Origin: Acidobacteriota bacterium
GTDB lineage: Bacteria > Acidobacteriota > UBA6911 > RPQK01 > JAJDTT01
Assembly (NCBI GenBank): GCA_965263035.1
Contig: OZ253580.1
Location: 224,001-288,000, forward strand
Reading direction: 5' to 3'
Length of the DNA stretch: 64,000 nucleotides
The notes beneath the pieces were generated by a model. The model saw nothing but the letters and a program-made list of their open reading frames with translations, was not told the origin of the DNA and made no database searches. A program made the position numbers and the translations under genes. Each line of letters opens with the position of its first letter. Within the stretch, counting starts at the first letter, position 1. Below, in pieces: positions 1-9,776 of this stretch.

Positions 1-25
1 CACTGATTCCTTTCGGAGCGCAGCA

Positions 26-1738
26 GTGAGGCAGCGCTCGATGGTGTCCATCCGGCTGGCCTCGGCCTTGCGCCCGCTTCTACCGGCAGCCGTCCTGGCG
101 CTGACACCGGTTTGGATCCACCCGGGCCGAATCACCTTCGTGGACCGGGCCACCCAGGCAGGCATCACCCTGAAAGACCTTTCGGGCGGACCCAGGAAAG
201 ATGCCCTGCTGGAGACGTTGGGACATGGGGCCGCCTGGTTCGACTACGACGGAGACGGCTGGGTGGATCTGTACCTGGCCAACGGTTCCACGCTGGACAA
301 GATCCGGGGACGGGACCCGGAGCCGCCCCCCGGAGGCGCGCTCTATCGGAACCGTGGCGACGGGACCTTCGAGGATGTGACCCGCCGGGCCGGTGTCGAC
401 GGCGGCGACCTGTGGGCCATGGGGGCCGTGGCCGCCGACATCGACAACGACGGGGATCCGGATCTGTTCGTCACCGGCTACGGCCGGAATCTCCTCTTCC
501 GAAACCAGGGGGATGGGACCTTCGTGGAGATCTCGCGGGAAGCGGGAGTCACGGGCGGCGGCTGGTCCGCCGGCGCCGCCTTCGGGGACTACGATCGCGA
601 CGGGTTCCTGGATCTCTACGTAGCCCGCTACGTGGAGTTCTCCCCGGAGAACTACCCCACCGAGTGCCTCTTTTCCGGTCTGCGGGTGACTTGCGGACCC
701 CGACGCTATGCCGGGAGCCCTGACCTGCTCTACCGCAACAACGGGGACGGCACCTTCCAGGACGTCTCGATCGCTGCGGGCATCCGCCGCGGCGAGCCGT
801 ACAATGGCCTCGGCGTCCTCTTCCTGGACTACGACAACGACGGCCTCCAGGACATCTACGTCGCCAACGACGCCACTCCCGCCAACCTCTGGCGGAACAA
901 CGGCGACGGCAGCTTCACCGATAACGCCGTTCTGGCCGGCTGCGCCTTCAGTGAGGATGGGCGGGAACAGGCCCGGATGGGCGTCGACGCCGGCGACTTC
1001 GACCACAGCGGGCATCTGTCCCTCTTCACCACGAACTTCTCGGGAGACGTCAACACTCTGTTCAAGGCGAATCGCGACGGGACCTTCTCGGACCAGACGG
1101 GACCCCTGGGACTGGGTGCGCCAAGTCTGCTTCATCTGGGCTGGGGCGCCGGGTTCATCGACTACGACAACGACACCTGGCTGGACCTGTTCATGGTCAA
1201 CGGCCACCTCTACCCCGAAGCGAAACGGCTCGACTACAAATACCTCCAGTCCAAGCTCCTGTTCAGGAACACGGGAGCCGGCCAATTCATTGAGGTTACC
1301 GGGGAAGCAGGCACGGCACTGACACGTCCGAACGGCGGGCGCGGAGCCGCCTTCGCCGACTACGACAACGACGGCGATCTGGACGTGGTGGTGACCAATA
1401 TCGACGGGCTACCCGAGTTGTTGGAAAATCAGGGGGGCAACCGCGGGAATTTCCTCTCCCTCCGTCTGGTGGGGACTCGAAGCAACCGGGACGGCGTCGG
1501 AGCTCGGATCCGGGTCCGCACCGGGGACACCCTCCAGATGAGGGAGGTCCGTAGCGGAGGCAGCTTCATGTCCCACAACGACCTCCGGACGCACTTCGGA
1601 CTGGGAGACGCCCCTGCTGCCCAGGTGACGATCCGCTGGCCCGACGGCCGGTTCCAGGAGCTCTCCAATTTGGAGGCCAACCACTTCTACACGATCCGGG
1701 AATCAGAAGGAGTGATCCGGAAAAGCCCGAGGAGATGA
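26..1738 (+). CDS. CRTAC1-family protein (FG-GAP/VCBS repeats + C-terminal ASPIC/UnbV domain), exported
   Basis: Repeated DxDxDG..DL motifs (DYDGDGWVDLY, DIDNDGDPDL, DYDRDGFLDL). C-terminal SNRDGVGARI...SGGSFMS...HFGLG...V.IRWP signature. Hydrophobic N-terminus. Start could be ATG at 41. Confidence 0.9.
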   Translation: MRQRSMVSIRLASALRPLLPAAVLALTPVWIHPGRITFVDRATQAGITLKDLSGGPRKDALLETLGHGAAWFDYDGDGWVDLYLANGSTLDKIRGRDPEPPPGGALYRNRGDGTFEDVTRRAGVDGGDLWAMGAVAADIDNDGDPDLFVTGYGRNLLFRNQGDGTFVEISREAGVTGGGWSAGAAFGDYDRDGFLDLYVARYVEFSPENYPTECLFSGLRVTCGPRRYAGSPDLLYRNNGDGTFQDVSIAAGIRRGEPYNGLGVLFLDYDNDGLQDIYVANDATPANLWRNNGDGSFTDNAVLAGCAFSEDGREQARMGVDAGDFDHSGHLSLFTTNFSGDVNTLFKANRDGTFSDQTGPLGLGAPSLLHLGWGAGFIDYDNDTWLDLFMVNGHLYPEAKRLDYKYLQSKLLFRNTGAGQFIEVTGEAGTALTRPNGGRGAAFADYDNDGDLDVVVTNIDGLPELLENQGGNRGNFLSLRLVGTRSNRDGVGARIRVRTGDTLQMREVRSGGSFMSHNDLRTHFGLGDAPAAQVTIRWPDGRFQELSNLEANHFYTIRESEGVIRKSPRR

Positions 1739-3285
1739 TCCGATTGGGTCCTGAGCAGATTCGCGGCCGAAACAGATTCCGGTCCCTGAGGGCCTTGACC
1801 CTCTGCTCGGCGATCACTCTGGGAGTCCTGGGAACTGCGGGCCTCGGCCAGACGAAGGAGGAGAGGCTGGCCGAGGTGTATTCCCGTCTACGCTCCGAGT
1901 CCTACGCCCAGGCGGCCCGATCCTTGGAGGCCCTGGTTCAGATGGCCCCGTCCGACGCTGCGCTGCAGAATCTTCTGGGCACTACCCGGGAGAGAGCGGG
2001 AGAACCGGCCAGAGCCCCCTCCTGCTACTTGCGCGCATTGCAACTGCGCCCCAATTGGTCCACCGCGCGTCTGAACCTGGCCCTCAGCTATCTCCGCTTG
2101 GGACAGCGCTCGGCCGCCGCCGGGCAGTTCGCCCGTCTGGTCCGGTCCACCGCGCCGGCCACACCTGCCCTGAGCTTCTACCATCAGGCGCCCATCGGCG
2201 ACGAAGTGGAGCAGTTCGCCCTGACCCTGGGGTCGGAACAGCACGAGTACCTTTCATTGGGGGGAGTCTTCCTGGTCCACGAGCTTCCTGAAGCCGCGTC
2301 GGTGGTTTTCTCCGCCGGCGTCCAGGCCAATCCCGACTCTCCTCTGCTGCAGGACGCCCTGGGACGCACCTACCTCAAGATGAAACGCTTCCGGGAGGCG
2401 GAAACGGCCTTCGCCCGGACCCTGGAGCTGGAGCCGGACGCCGAGGGCTCCTGCCTTCACCTGGGATATGCCCAAGCCTCCCAGGGCGGAGTCGAACCCG
2501 CCCGGAAAACCTACGCCGAGTGCGTCCGTCAGGACCCGGATGACTACGCCGGTCACTACTTCCTGGGCTCGACGCTGTTGGATCTGGACCGGCCCCAAGA
2601 GGCCATCTCCGAGTTGGAAGAGGCGCTACGGCTCAACCCCCGTTCGGTCAACTCCCGCCTCTTGCTGGGAAAGGCGTACGCCGCCGCCGGGAGAGAATCG
2701 GAAGCCCTGGCCGCGTTTCTGCCGGTCGTGGATCGGGAGCCGGACCACGAGGCGGCCCTGTTTCATCTGGGGACTTTGCACCGGAAGATAGGTCAGTTGG
2801 AGAAAGCCCGGAAATTCCTGGTCCGCTTCCAAAAGGTCAAGGCGTTCGAGCGGCAAAGGTCGCGGCGGGCCCTCCTGCCCGGGTCGGACCGGGTCGACCC
2901 CAGAGAGAGCTCCGAGGTGGCCCGGGCAGTGAATCGATTTTACCTCCGTTACAAGGAGGCCCTGTTGGAGGGAAGGTACGGGGAGATCTGGGATCTGCTG
3001 ACGCCGTCTTCGCAAGCTCTCTACGGGGACTTTCGGAGCTTCCGGACTACTGCTTCATCCGTCTTTGGCAACAGCCAGATGCGGCAACGGATCGCGGCCA
3101 GCCGGATCCGGGACGGCAACACCCTGCGCAAGCGGATCTTCTGCCGGCTGGTCACGGCGTGGGGCGAGCCCCTCCCGCTCCTGGTCCTGGTGCGCCAGGG
3201 AGACGAACTGAAGATCGACTATGACTTCGATTTGAGCCTGGCGGGGGTTCGCACTCTCGGAGGCCGGTCCTCAACCGCGCAGTAA
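1735..3285 (+). CDS. Tetratricopeptide-repeat protein, exported
   Basis: Many TPR-like helical repeats (ARLNLALSY, GHYFLGSTL, ALFHLGTLH). ATGA overlap with the upstream gene. Confidence 0.85.
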   Translation: MIRLGPEQIRGRNRFRSLRALTLCSAITLGVLGTAGLGQTKEERLAEVYSRLRSESYAQAARSLEALVQMAPSDAALQNLLGTTRERAGEPARAPSCYLRALQLRPNWSTARLNLALSYLRLGQRSAAAGQFARLVRSTAPATPALSFYHQAPIGDEVEQFALTLGSEQHEYLSLGGVFLVHELPEAASVVFSAGVQANPDSPLLQDALGRTYLKMKRFREAETAFARTLELEPDAEGSCLHLGYAQASQGGVEPARKTYAECVRQDPDDYAGHYFLGSTLLDLDRPQEAISELEEALRLNPRSVNSRLLLGKAYAAAGRESEALAAFLPVVDREPDHEAALFHLGTLHRKIGQLEKARKFLVRFQKVKAFERQRSRRALLPGSDRVDPRESSEVARAVNRFYLRYKEALLEGRYGEIWDLLTPSSQALYGDFRSFRTTASSVFGNSQMRQRIAASRIRDGNTLRKRIFCRLVTAWGEPLPLLVLVRQGDELKIDYDFDLSLAGVRTLGGRSSTAQ

Positions 3286-3300
3286 CAACGGATATCCCGA

Positions 3301-4563
3301 TCAGGGGATACGGAAGATCACCTTCTTCAGATGCGTGGAATACTGGGCTCGGAGGCTCTCGTACCGCTCCCGGTGGCGGGAAGCCGCTTCCGGTTCGTTC
3401 AGACGAGTGTAGACCTGGGCCAGCTTGAAATGGGCGGCCGCGTGTTTGGAGTCCAAGGTAAGGACTCGTTTTAACAGGAGTTCCGCTTCCCGATAGTCGT
3501 TCCGGAGCCAAAGGATCCGGGCACGGTAGAAGAGCGCCTCGATCCGCTCCGGGTCTGCTTTGAGGACACTTCCAAAGGGCTTCCAGGCGGCTTCCGGTGA
3601 CCCGCTCTTGTAGAGGTTGACCCCATAGCGGTGGGTGGCCTCCAGGTGGTCCGGTCTTCGTTCCAGGACGTTTTCCAACTGGCGGACGGCCTCGCGGTGA
3701 CGGCCCTGCATCTCGTATCCGATCCCCAACAGGTAATACGGCTCCGCTCGGTCCGGATTGGTTTTGATCGCCTCCTCCAACAGCGGGACGCCTTTGGCGA
3801 GACGGCTTGAGGTGAGGTAGCCGTAACCCAGCGATTGGAGCAGTTGCCCGTCGCGAATGCCCAGCTCCAGGGCCCGCTCCAGATGCGGGAGGGCCTCCTC
3901 CGACTGTCCCTGCTGCAGGAGAAACAGGCCCAAGATCCTGAGGCCGGCCCCATTGTCCCTGGCCAGCTCTGCGACCTGTCGGGAGCGTTTCAAACCTTGC
4001 TCCGTCTGGCCGTTCCGGAAATGGATCTCGGAGAGCAGACGCAGCAGTTCCGGATCGCCGGGAGCAGACCTCTCGGCTCTCAGAGCCGCCCTCAGAGACT
4101 CCTGTGGATCGTCCCGGGCCAAAAGGACTCGGGCACGCCCCGCCCAGGCCGCTGAATGATTCGGGTCCAACTTCAGAACCCGATCGAACCGGGCCATTGC
4201 CTGACGGTGATTCCCCAAGGAGAACAGGGCGTACCCCAGGTTGCTTCCGGCCGCCACATGGTCCGGGTTCAGGGCCAGCGCCCTCTCGAAGCTCCGGACG
4301 GCCTCCTGCACCCGTCCCTGTCGCCGAAAGATGATCCCCCACAAATTCAGGGCGGCCGGCCAGCGGGGAACCGCCGCCAAGGCCCGGCGCACTTCCGCCT
4401 CCGCCCGGGAGAGTTCCCCCTGGTCCAACCACTCACTGGCTTGACGGTAGTGATGAGCGGGGTCCCCCTGATCTTGAAACCCCAGACTGGGACCGGCGAG
4501 GAGGAGGAACAGAACTGGCGGGAAAAACGGACACGGCACGGTCGATGCTGCTCTCCTATTCAC
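3301..4563 (-). CDS. Tetratricopeptide-repeat protein, exported
   Basis: About 10 TPR repeats and a signal-like segment (VLFLLLAGPSLG). The ORF-track TTG at 4593 lies in a terminator T-tract, so GTG at 4563 or 4539 is more likely. Confidence 0.85.
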   Translation of the reverse strand: MNRRAASTVPCPFFPPVLFLLLAGPSLGFQDQGDPAHHYRQASEWLDQGELSRAEAEVRRALAAVPRWPAALNLWGIIFRRQGRVQEAVRSFERALALNPDHVAAGSNLGYALFSLGNHRQAMARFDRVLKLDPNHSAAWAGRARVLLARDDPQESLRAALRAERSAPGDPELLRLLSEIHFRNGQTEQGLKRSRQVAELARDNGAGLRILGLFLLQQGQSEEALPHLERALELGIRDGQLLQSLGYGYLTSSRLAKGVPLLEEAIKTNPDRAEPYYLLGIGYEMQGRHREAVRQLENVLERRPDHLEATHRYGVNLYKSGSPEAAWKPFGSVLKADPERIEALFYRARILWLRNDYREAELLLKRVLTLDSKHAAAHFKLAQVYTRLNEPEAASRHRERYESLRAQYSTHLKKVIFRIP

Positions 4564-4594
4564 CGAAAGCCGTGGCTGCAACGGCAAAAGCAAA

Positions 4595-4620
4595 AGGGGC
4601 GGGAGTCGCCTCCCGCCCCT
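4595..4620 (-). terminator. Intrinsic terminator after the TonB-like receptor
   Basis: AGGGGCGGGAG-tcgc-CTCCCGCCCCT 11-bp stem, followed on the minus strand by TTTGCTTTT. Confidence 0.75.
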
Positions 4621-4673
4621 CTTCGTTTAACGAATCGTTCCGCAAGGCTGTCCGGGACAGCCTTGACGACGAA

Positions 4674-7600
4674 CTAGAACATCCACTTGACGCTCATCAT
4701 GATTCGTCTCGGCCAAGTGACGTCCGACCCGACCGCCCGAAACTTCCGCTGGTGGGGCTGGTGTTGGCCGCACCGAAGCTGGCGTGGTTGAGGGCATTCA
4801 GGAACTGGGCCTGGAAACGGATCCTGTGATCGTCGTTGATGTAGGTGTCCTTGATGACACTCACGTCCCAGAAATCGATGAAATCGGACCGCAACTGGGC
4901 GAACCGCAACGGAAAGGTCCGCTTGTGGGTGCCTTCCGGCGCTTCACTGGGATTGCGCACGAAGCCGGCATTGGTGTTGAACCACTTCTCCACCGTCTTC
5001 CCCCCGCCGGAAAGACGGTCGGGGCTGAAGCTATCGGTGGTGAAGACATTGCCGAAATTCAGCGGGAAGCCACTCTGGAGCTGCCACACCGCCGAGACCT
5101 GCCAACCTCCGAGCAGGCTGTTCTTCCCCCAGGGCAACTGGTAAATGCCGCTCAACTTGAAGTTGTGGGGCCGATCGGCGCGGGCCACAACCTCGAAGGG
5201 AACCGCATCGCTGGAATTCAGGAACTGGACCGCCTCATGGAACCGGGACCAAGTGTAGCCGAGGCTGTAGCTGAAGCCGCCGGCGAGGCGCCGCTCAAGA
5301 CGGCTCTCGAAGGCGTGGTACCAGGAATAGCCCTGGTTGGTCTGATTCAGGGATACGCCCGTGAACTGGGGATAGGGCAGCAGCAGCTGTCTTCGAGAGA
5401 CAGTGTTGGTGTTGAGACCCGTCCCTGGCAGCAGGCCAGCGAACGGATTCGGCACCGCCGTGTTCAGGTAGGCGTGATTGTCGTTGTTCCGGACGTTGGC
5501 TGAGCTCAGGTACCGTTCCGGCAGGACGTTCAGGTTCCGGCCGCCGATGATGCGCACACCGCGTGTCCCAATGTAACCCAACTCGAGAAGGGTGCTGCCC
5601 AGCATATGCTGGACCGTGAGCGACCAGCGCTGGTTGTAGGGCACCTTCAGGTTATTCTCGTTGAAGAAACTGACGCTCTGGCCCAGGTTCGTCGCCAGTC
5701 CCCGGGCGTTGCCGATGGGGCTGAGGATCCCGTCCGGGAACGGATTGGCGAAGTCGGCCACGAAGGTCTGGCCATTGTCGAATGTCGGTACCAAGTCCGT
5801 GGTCTGACTGTATCCGGTCAGAATGGGGGACACGCTGTTCCCCAGGATCCCGATAGGCTGATGGAAGATACCGTAGCCGCCCCGGATCACCGTATCCTCG
5901 CCGAGGCGGTACGCAAAGCCGAAACGGGGCGCGAAGATGTTCGAGGGGACGTCGTAAAGAGCCCGCGGTGTATCTCCGACGCCGGCGTAGGTGATCCCGC
6001 CGTTCACCGCAAAGGCGCCGGCGGCGATGTCAGGAATGGGGTTCATGGCATAGGCGGCCTGCGCCGCCGCCGCAACCGGGCTGGCCGTGTCGAACGCGAA
6101 GCCGGCCACGCTCCGGTCGAAGCGCTCCGTGAGCGGAGCGAAGTACTCCCAGCGGATCCCGAAGTTGAAGGTCAATTCCGGAGTCGCCTTCCAGTTGTCC
6201 TGGATGAACCATGCGTAATAGTTGTGATGGGCGGCGTAGTTGTCGTTCCGGTTGATGAAGCCGGTAGAGGGCTGTCCCAACAGGAAGGACGCAAACCCCT
6301 GACCCTGGGCGCTGGGCGAGGTGTTGAGTGGGCCGTTGGTGTAGGTCGACCGGAACCGATAGACCGGGTTGGACCAGCGCTGATCGTTCCGGTTCAGATA
6401 GTTGGAGCGCGCCTCCACACCGAGCTTGATGTTGTGATTCCCCTCGTGGATGTCGGTGGCCGCCTCACCGAAGACATAGGTGGAGAAATCGAAGTTGTTC
6501 CGGGTCTCGTCGTGGATCCCGCTGAAGCTTTCGATCTGGACGTGGGGCAGCGCCGACTGGTCCGGATCGAGCTGGGCCTTGAGCGAATCGGCCAAGGGCA
6601 GCGAGAAGATGTCGAAGGGCTCGCCCCGCGGATGCAGCTTGTGGCTCTTGTGCACGCGCGGATCGGTCCCCCGATTGTAACCGCCGCGGAAATTGAGGAT
6701 GACGTTGGGATTGACGGTCCAGACATCGTCCACGCCGAAGGTCTCGCGAATAACGGACTCGTGGAAGCCGGTGGCGCCGTTGCCGTAGTAGTCCCGCCAT
6801 TCCCCCGCCCAGTTGTCCAGCTTGGTCAAGCTGCCGAAGATCCGGTTGGAGGGACCGAAGGTGTGATCGACTCGTAGGAACCACTGCTCCCACTGGGTGG
6901 GCGAGGCGGTGCTGGGCTCGAAGTTGCCGGTAGAGTCGCTGCCGCCCGCAAGATTGGGTTCCGGGTAGTAGGACATGAGCTGCTGGGAGATGGGGTGGAT
7001 CCGGCTGGCGGGGATCACGTTGTTGGGAAAGGGCATCCGGGAGAAGAACCTGTCTCCGGTGGCCTGAATGGTGGACGGATCGTAGATCTGGTACTCGGGC
7101 CCCAAGGCCAGGAGAGCCGAGAAGTCCCCCCCCTTCATGGCCCCGGTCGGCACCGTCCGGGCACCGTAGAACTCCAAGGTCTGCTGGAAGGTGCGCTCCC
7201 AGTTGAAGGCGACGTGGGTCTGGTCCTTGAAGATAGGCCCGTTGATGCCACCTCCGGTGCGCCGGTATTTCGTGTCCGCCTTGGGGGAACCGGCCCGGTT
7301 CTGGAAGAAGGCATTGGCGGCCCAGGCGCTCTGGCGGAAGAAACCGTAAACGGATCCATGCCAGTCGTTGGTCCCCGACTTCAGGGTGACGTCCATGGTG
7401 GTGCCGTTGTGGTGTCCCCGGGCGGCCGTGTAGTCGTGGGAGATCTTGATCTCCTTGACCGCCTCGGCCGGGGGCGCCGTCTGGGCCTGCTGGGCTCCAC
7501 CGAAAACGGTGCCCACGTTGTTGATGCCGTTCAGGGTGAAACCCACGGCGTTGCCCTGGCTTCCATGGAAATAGAACCCGGTGGTGATGGACCACCCGGG

Positions 7601-8122
7601 CTCATCCCACTTCCAGCCGCCGCCCGGAGGGCTCGAAGCGCCGGGGGCCATGACCAGCAGATGGCTCGGATTGCCCTGGGCCATGGGCAGGGTCTCGATC
7701 TGCTCGGCCTCGATCAGGTTGCTGAGGGTGGCGTTCGTCGACTGCAGCAGAGGCGCCTGCGCCTGGACTGTGATCTGCTCGGTGACTTCTCCCACGACCA
7801 AGGTGAAATCCACGGTCGGGTCATCTCCAGTCCTCAGATCAATTGTCTGGGTCGTCGTCTTGAATCCCGGAAGAGAAGCCGTCACGTCGTACGGACCGGG
7901 GGTCAGAAAATCGATACGATACAAACCCGTATCATTGGTGACCGTCGGAAATTCGACACCGGTGGCGGTGTTCGCGGCGGTCACGTTCACGCCGGGAATC
8001 ACGCCTCCCGTGTTGTCCATCACTCGGCCATTGAGACTCGCGCGTGCGCCTTGGCCCCACAGCGGCGCTGCCGCCAGCGGGACTAGGAGCAAGCCCACGA
8101 AGAGGATTCTCCACTTCCGCAT
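4674..8122 (-). CDS. Acidobacterial TonB-dependent receptor-like outer membrane protein with N-terminal carboxypeptidase-regulatory-like domain; apparent 1-bp frameshift near the 3' end
   Basis: Signal peptide and N-terminal G.V.D.TG..IPG..V motif. TLKSGTN.WHGS, FIQDNWK...LTFNFGIRWE and FAPRFGFAY motifs. SD GGAGGT. As read, the ORF stops at 4697; the family-type C-terminus (WPRRIMMSVKWMF*) is in the adjacent frame, ending at 4674. Confidence 0.88.
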
Positions 8123-8406
8123 TACTTAAAACCTCCTAAAACTGAAATCAGAACTCCGAGCACTGGGGATGCAAGTCTGCCTATCAGCGCGGCATTCTAG
8201 GTCATTCCGACTTTGGATTCAAACCCTCCGCGAAAGAAAATTGCGCGACTCGCCGGAATCTTCTCCCGCACGAAGGGCCGGGGAGCCGGAAGTCTGGCCT
8301 CCGCAGAGCACGAAGTCTACAATGTCCCCCCGACAGGAGCGGCGACTTTCCAACCTCCGAAATTCCTTATGTTCGAACCACTATTCGTTTCCGGTTATAC
8401 AGGATT

Positions 8407-9603
8407 ATGAATTTCGAATTGAAGACAGAAATGCTGCACGGACTTTGGCAAGTTCTCAGGACGACTGGAACCGGGTGGACCCTGATCGGCCTGCTCTGGG
8501 TGCTGTTTTCAGCACCGGTTTTGCGGGCTCAGGAAGCGTCACACCGGGTCCCCGACCTCGCCGGAAAGGTCCTGACGGTCAACGGCCCGGTAGACCCGGA
8601 ATCCCTGGGCGCCGCCATGGTGCACGAGCACATCTTCATCAACCGGAACCATCCCAACCGGCCGGCGCCGACGGAAGCCACCCGGGTCCGCTTTTATCTC
8701 AGTCCGTTGACCATGGACATGCTGGGTGCCGTGACCATGGGCTATCCCAATCGGGACAATCTGATCCTGGGAGATGAGCCGATGGCCGTCCAGGAGCTGA
8801 CCGACTTCCGGAAACGGGGCGGCGGGACGCTGGTGGACGTAACCAGCATCGGACTGGGCCGGGACCCGGCGGCGCTGCGGCGGGTCTCCAAGGCGACCGG
8901 AGTCCACGTGGTCATGGGCACCGGTTGGGATATCCGCGCCGTGGATTCCCGGGAACTGGAGAAGCGCTCGCTGGAGAACCTGACCTGGGAACTCGTCCGG
9001 GACGTGACCGCCGGTGTGGGAAAAAGCGGCATCCGATCCGGAATCATCGGCGAGGTGGCCACTGCCGGGGATCCCTTGACCGCCGTGGAGATCAAGGTGA
9101 TCCGGGCCGCTGGCCGGGCCAGCCGCATCACCGGCGCCGCCGTCTCCATGCATACCGGCGACAGCGGAACCCGGAGCACGCACGCGATTCTGGACCTGCT
9201 GGAAGCGGAAGGGACGGACCTGGGGCGGGTCATCCTGGGACATTGCGACAGCCTGGTCCGGGATCTGTCCTCCTTGACCAGCCTCCTGAAGCGAGGGGTC
9301 CATGTGGAGTTCGACGGCATGTCGGAGTTCCACATGCTCCGCCAACCGGCGACGGCGGCCCATGTCGGGGACGGCATCCTGGAGCTGATCCAGCGCGGAT
9401 TCCTGGAGCGGATCCTCCTTTCCCAGAACGTGGACCGGAAGATCGATCTCAAAGCCCTTGGCGGGATGGGCTACACTTTCGTCCTGGATCAGTTCGTTCC
9501 CCATCTCACGGGGAAAGGGGTCACGGAGGAGCAGGTCCGGACGCTGATCTACGAGAATCCTAAGCGGGTCCTGACCTTCGTTGCTCCCAGGCCGGCCCGG
9601 TGA
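8407..9603 (+). CDS. Phosphotriesterase-related (PHP/PTE) amidohydrolase with probable signal peptide
   Basis: VLTVNGPV...HEH, GGTLVDVT.IGLGRDP, GIIGE, SMHT, ILGH and RILLSQN motifs. Confidence 0.88.
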   Translation: MNFELKTEMLHGLWQVLRTTGTGWTLIGLLWVLFSAPVLRAQEASHRVPDLAGKVLTVNGPVDPESLGAAMVHEHIFINRNHPNRPAPTEATRVRFYLSPLTMDMLGAVTMGYPNRDNLILGDEPMAVQELTDFRKRGGGTLVDVTSIGLGRDPAALRRVSKATGVHVVMGTGWDIRAVDSRELEKRSLENLTWELVRDVTAGVGKSGIRSGIIGEVATAGDPLTAVEIKVIRAAGRASRITGAAVSMHTGDSGTRSTHAILDLLEAEGTDLGRVILGHCDSLVRDLSSLTSLLKRGVHVEFDGMSEFHMLRQPATAAHVGDGILELIQRGFLERILLSQNVDRKIDLKALGGMGYTFVLDQFVPHLTGKGVTEEQVRTLIYENPKRVLTFVAPRPAR

Positions 9604-9628
9604 AGGGACCGGCCGGACGCGAGATACC

Positions 9629-9766
9629 GGGAGAGGCGGGTTTCTTGTCGCCTGCACCGGACTGAGGAAGAAGAAAGAGGAGGGGGACTAATCGTCCCCC
9701 CTCAACCCCCTAATCGGCGACTGGAAAGTCGCCGCTCCCACTCGGCGGCAAGAAAGCCGCCGCTCC
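9629..9766. repeat. Cluster of REP-like palindromes (GGCGACTGGAAAGTCGCCGCTCC family) between convergent genes
   Basis: 9681-9766 is an inverted near-copy of 39593-39678. Units GGCGACTGGAAAGTCGCC and GGCGGCAAGAAAGCCGCC. Confidence 0.8.
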
Positions 9767-9776
9767 TGACGGCGAA

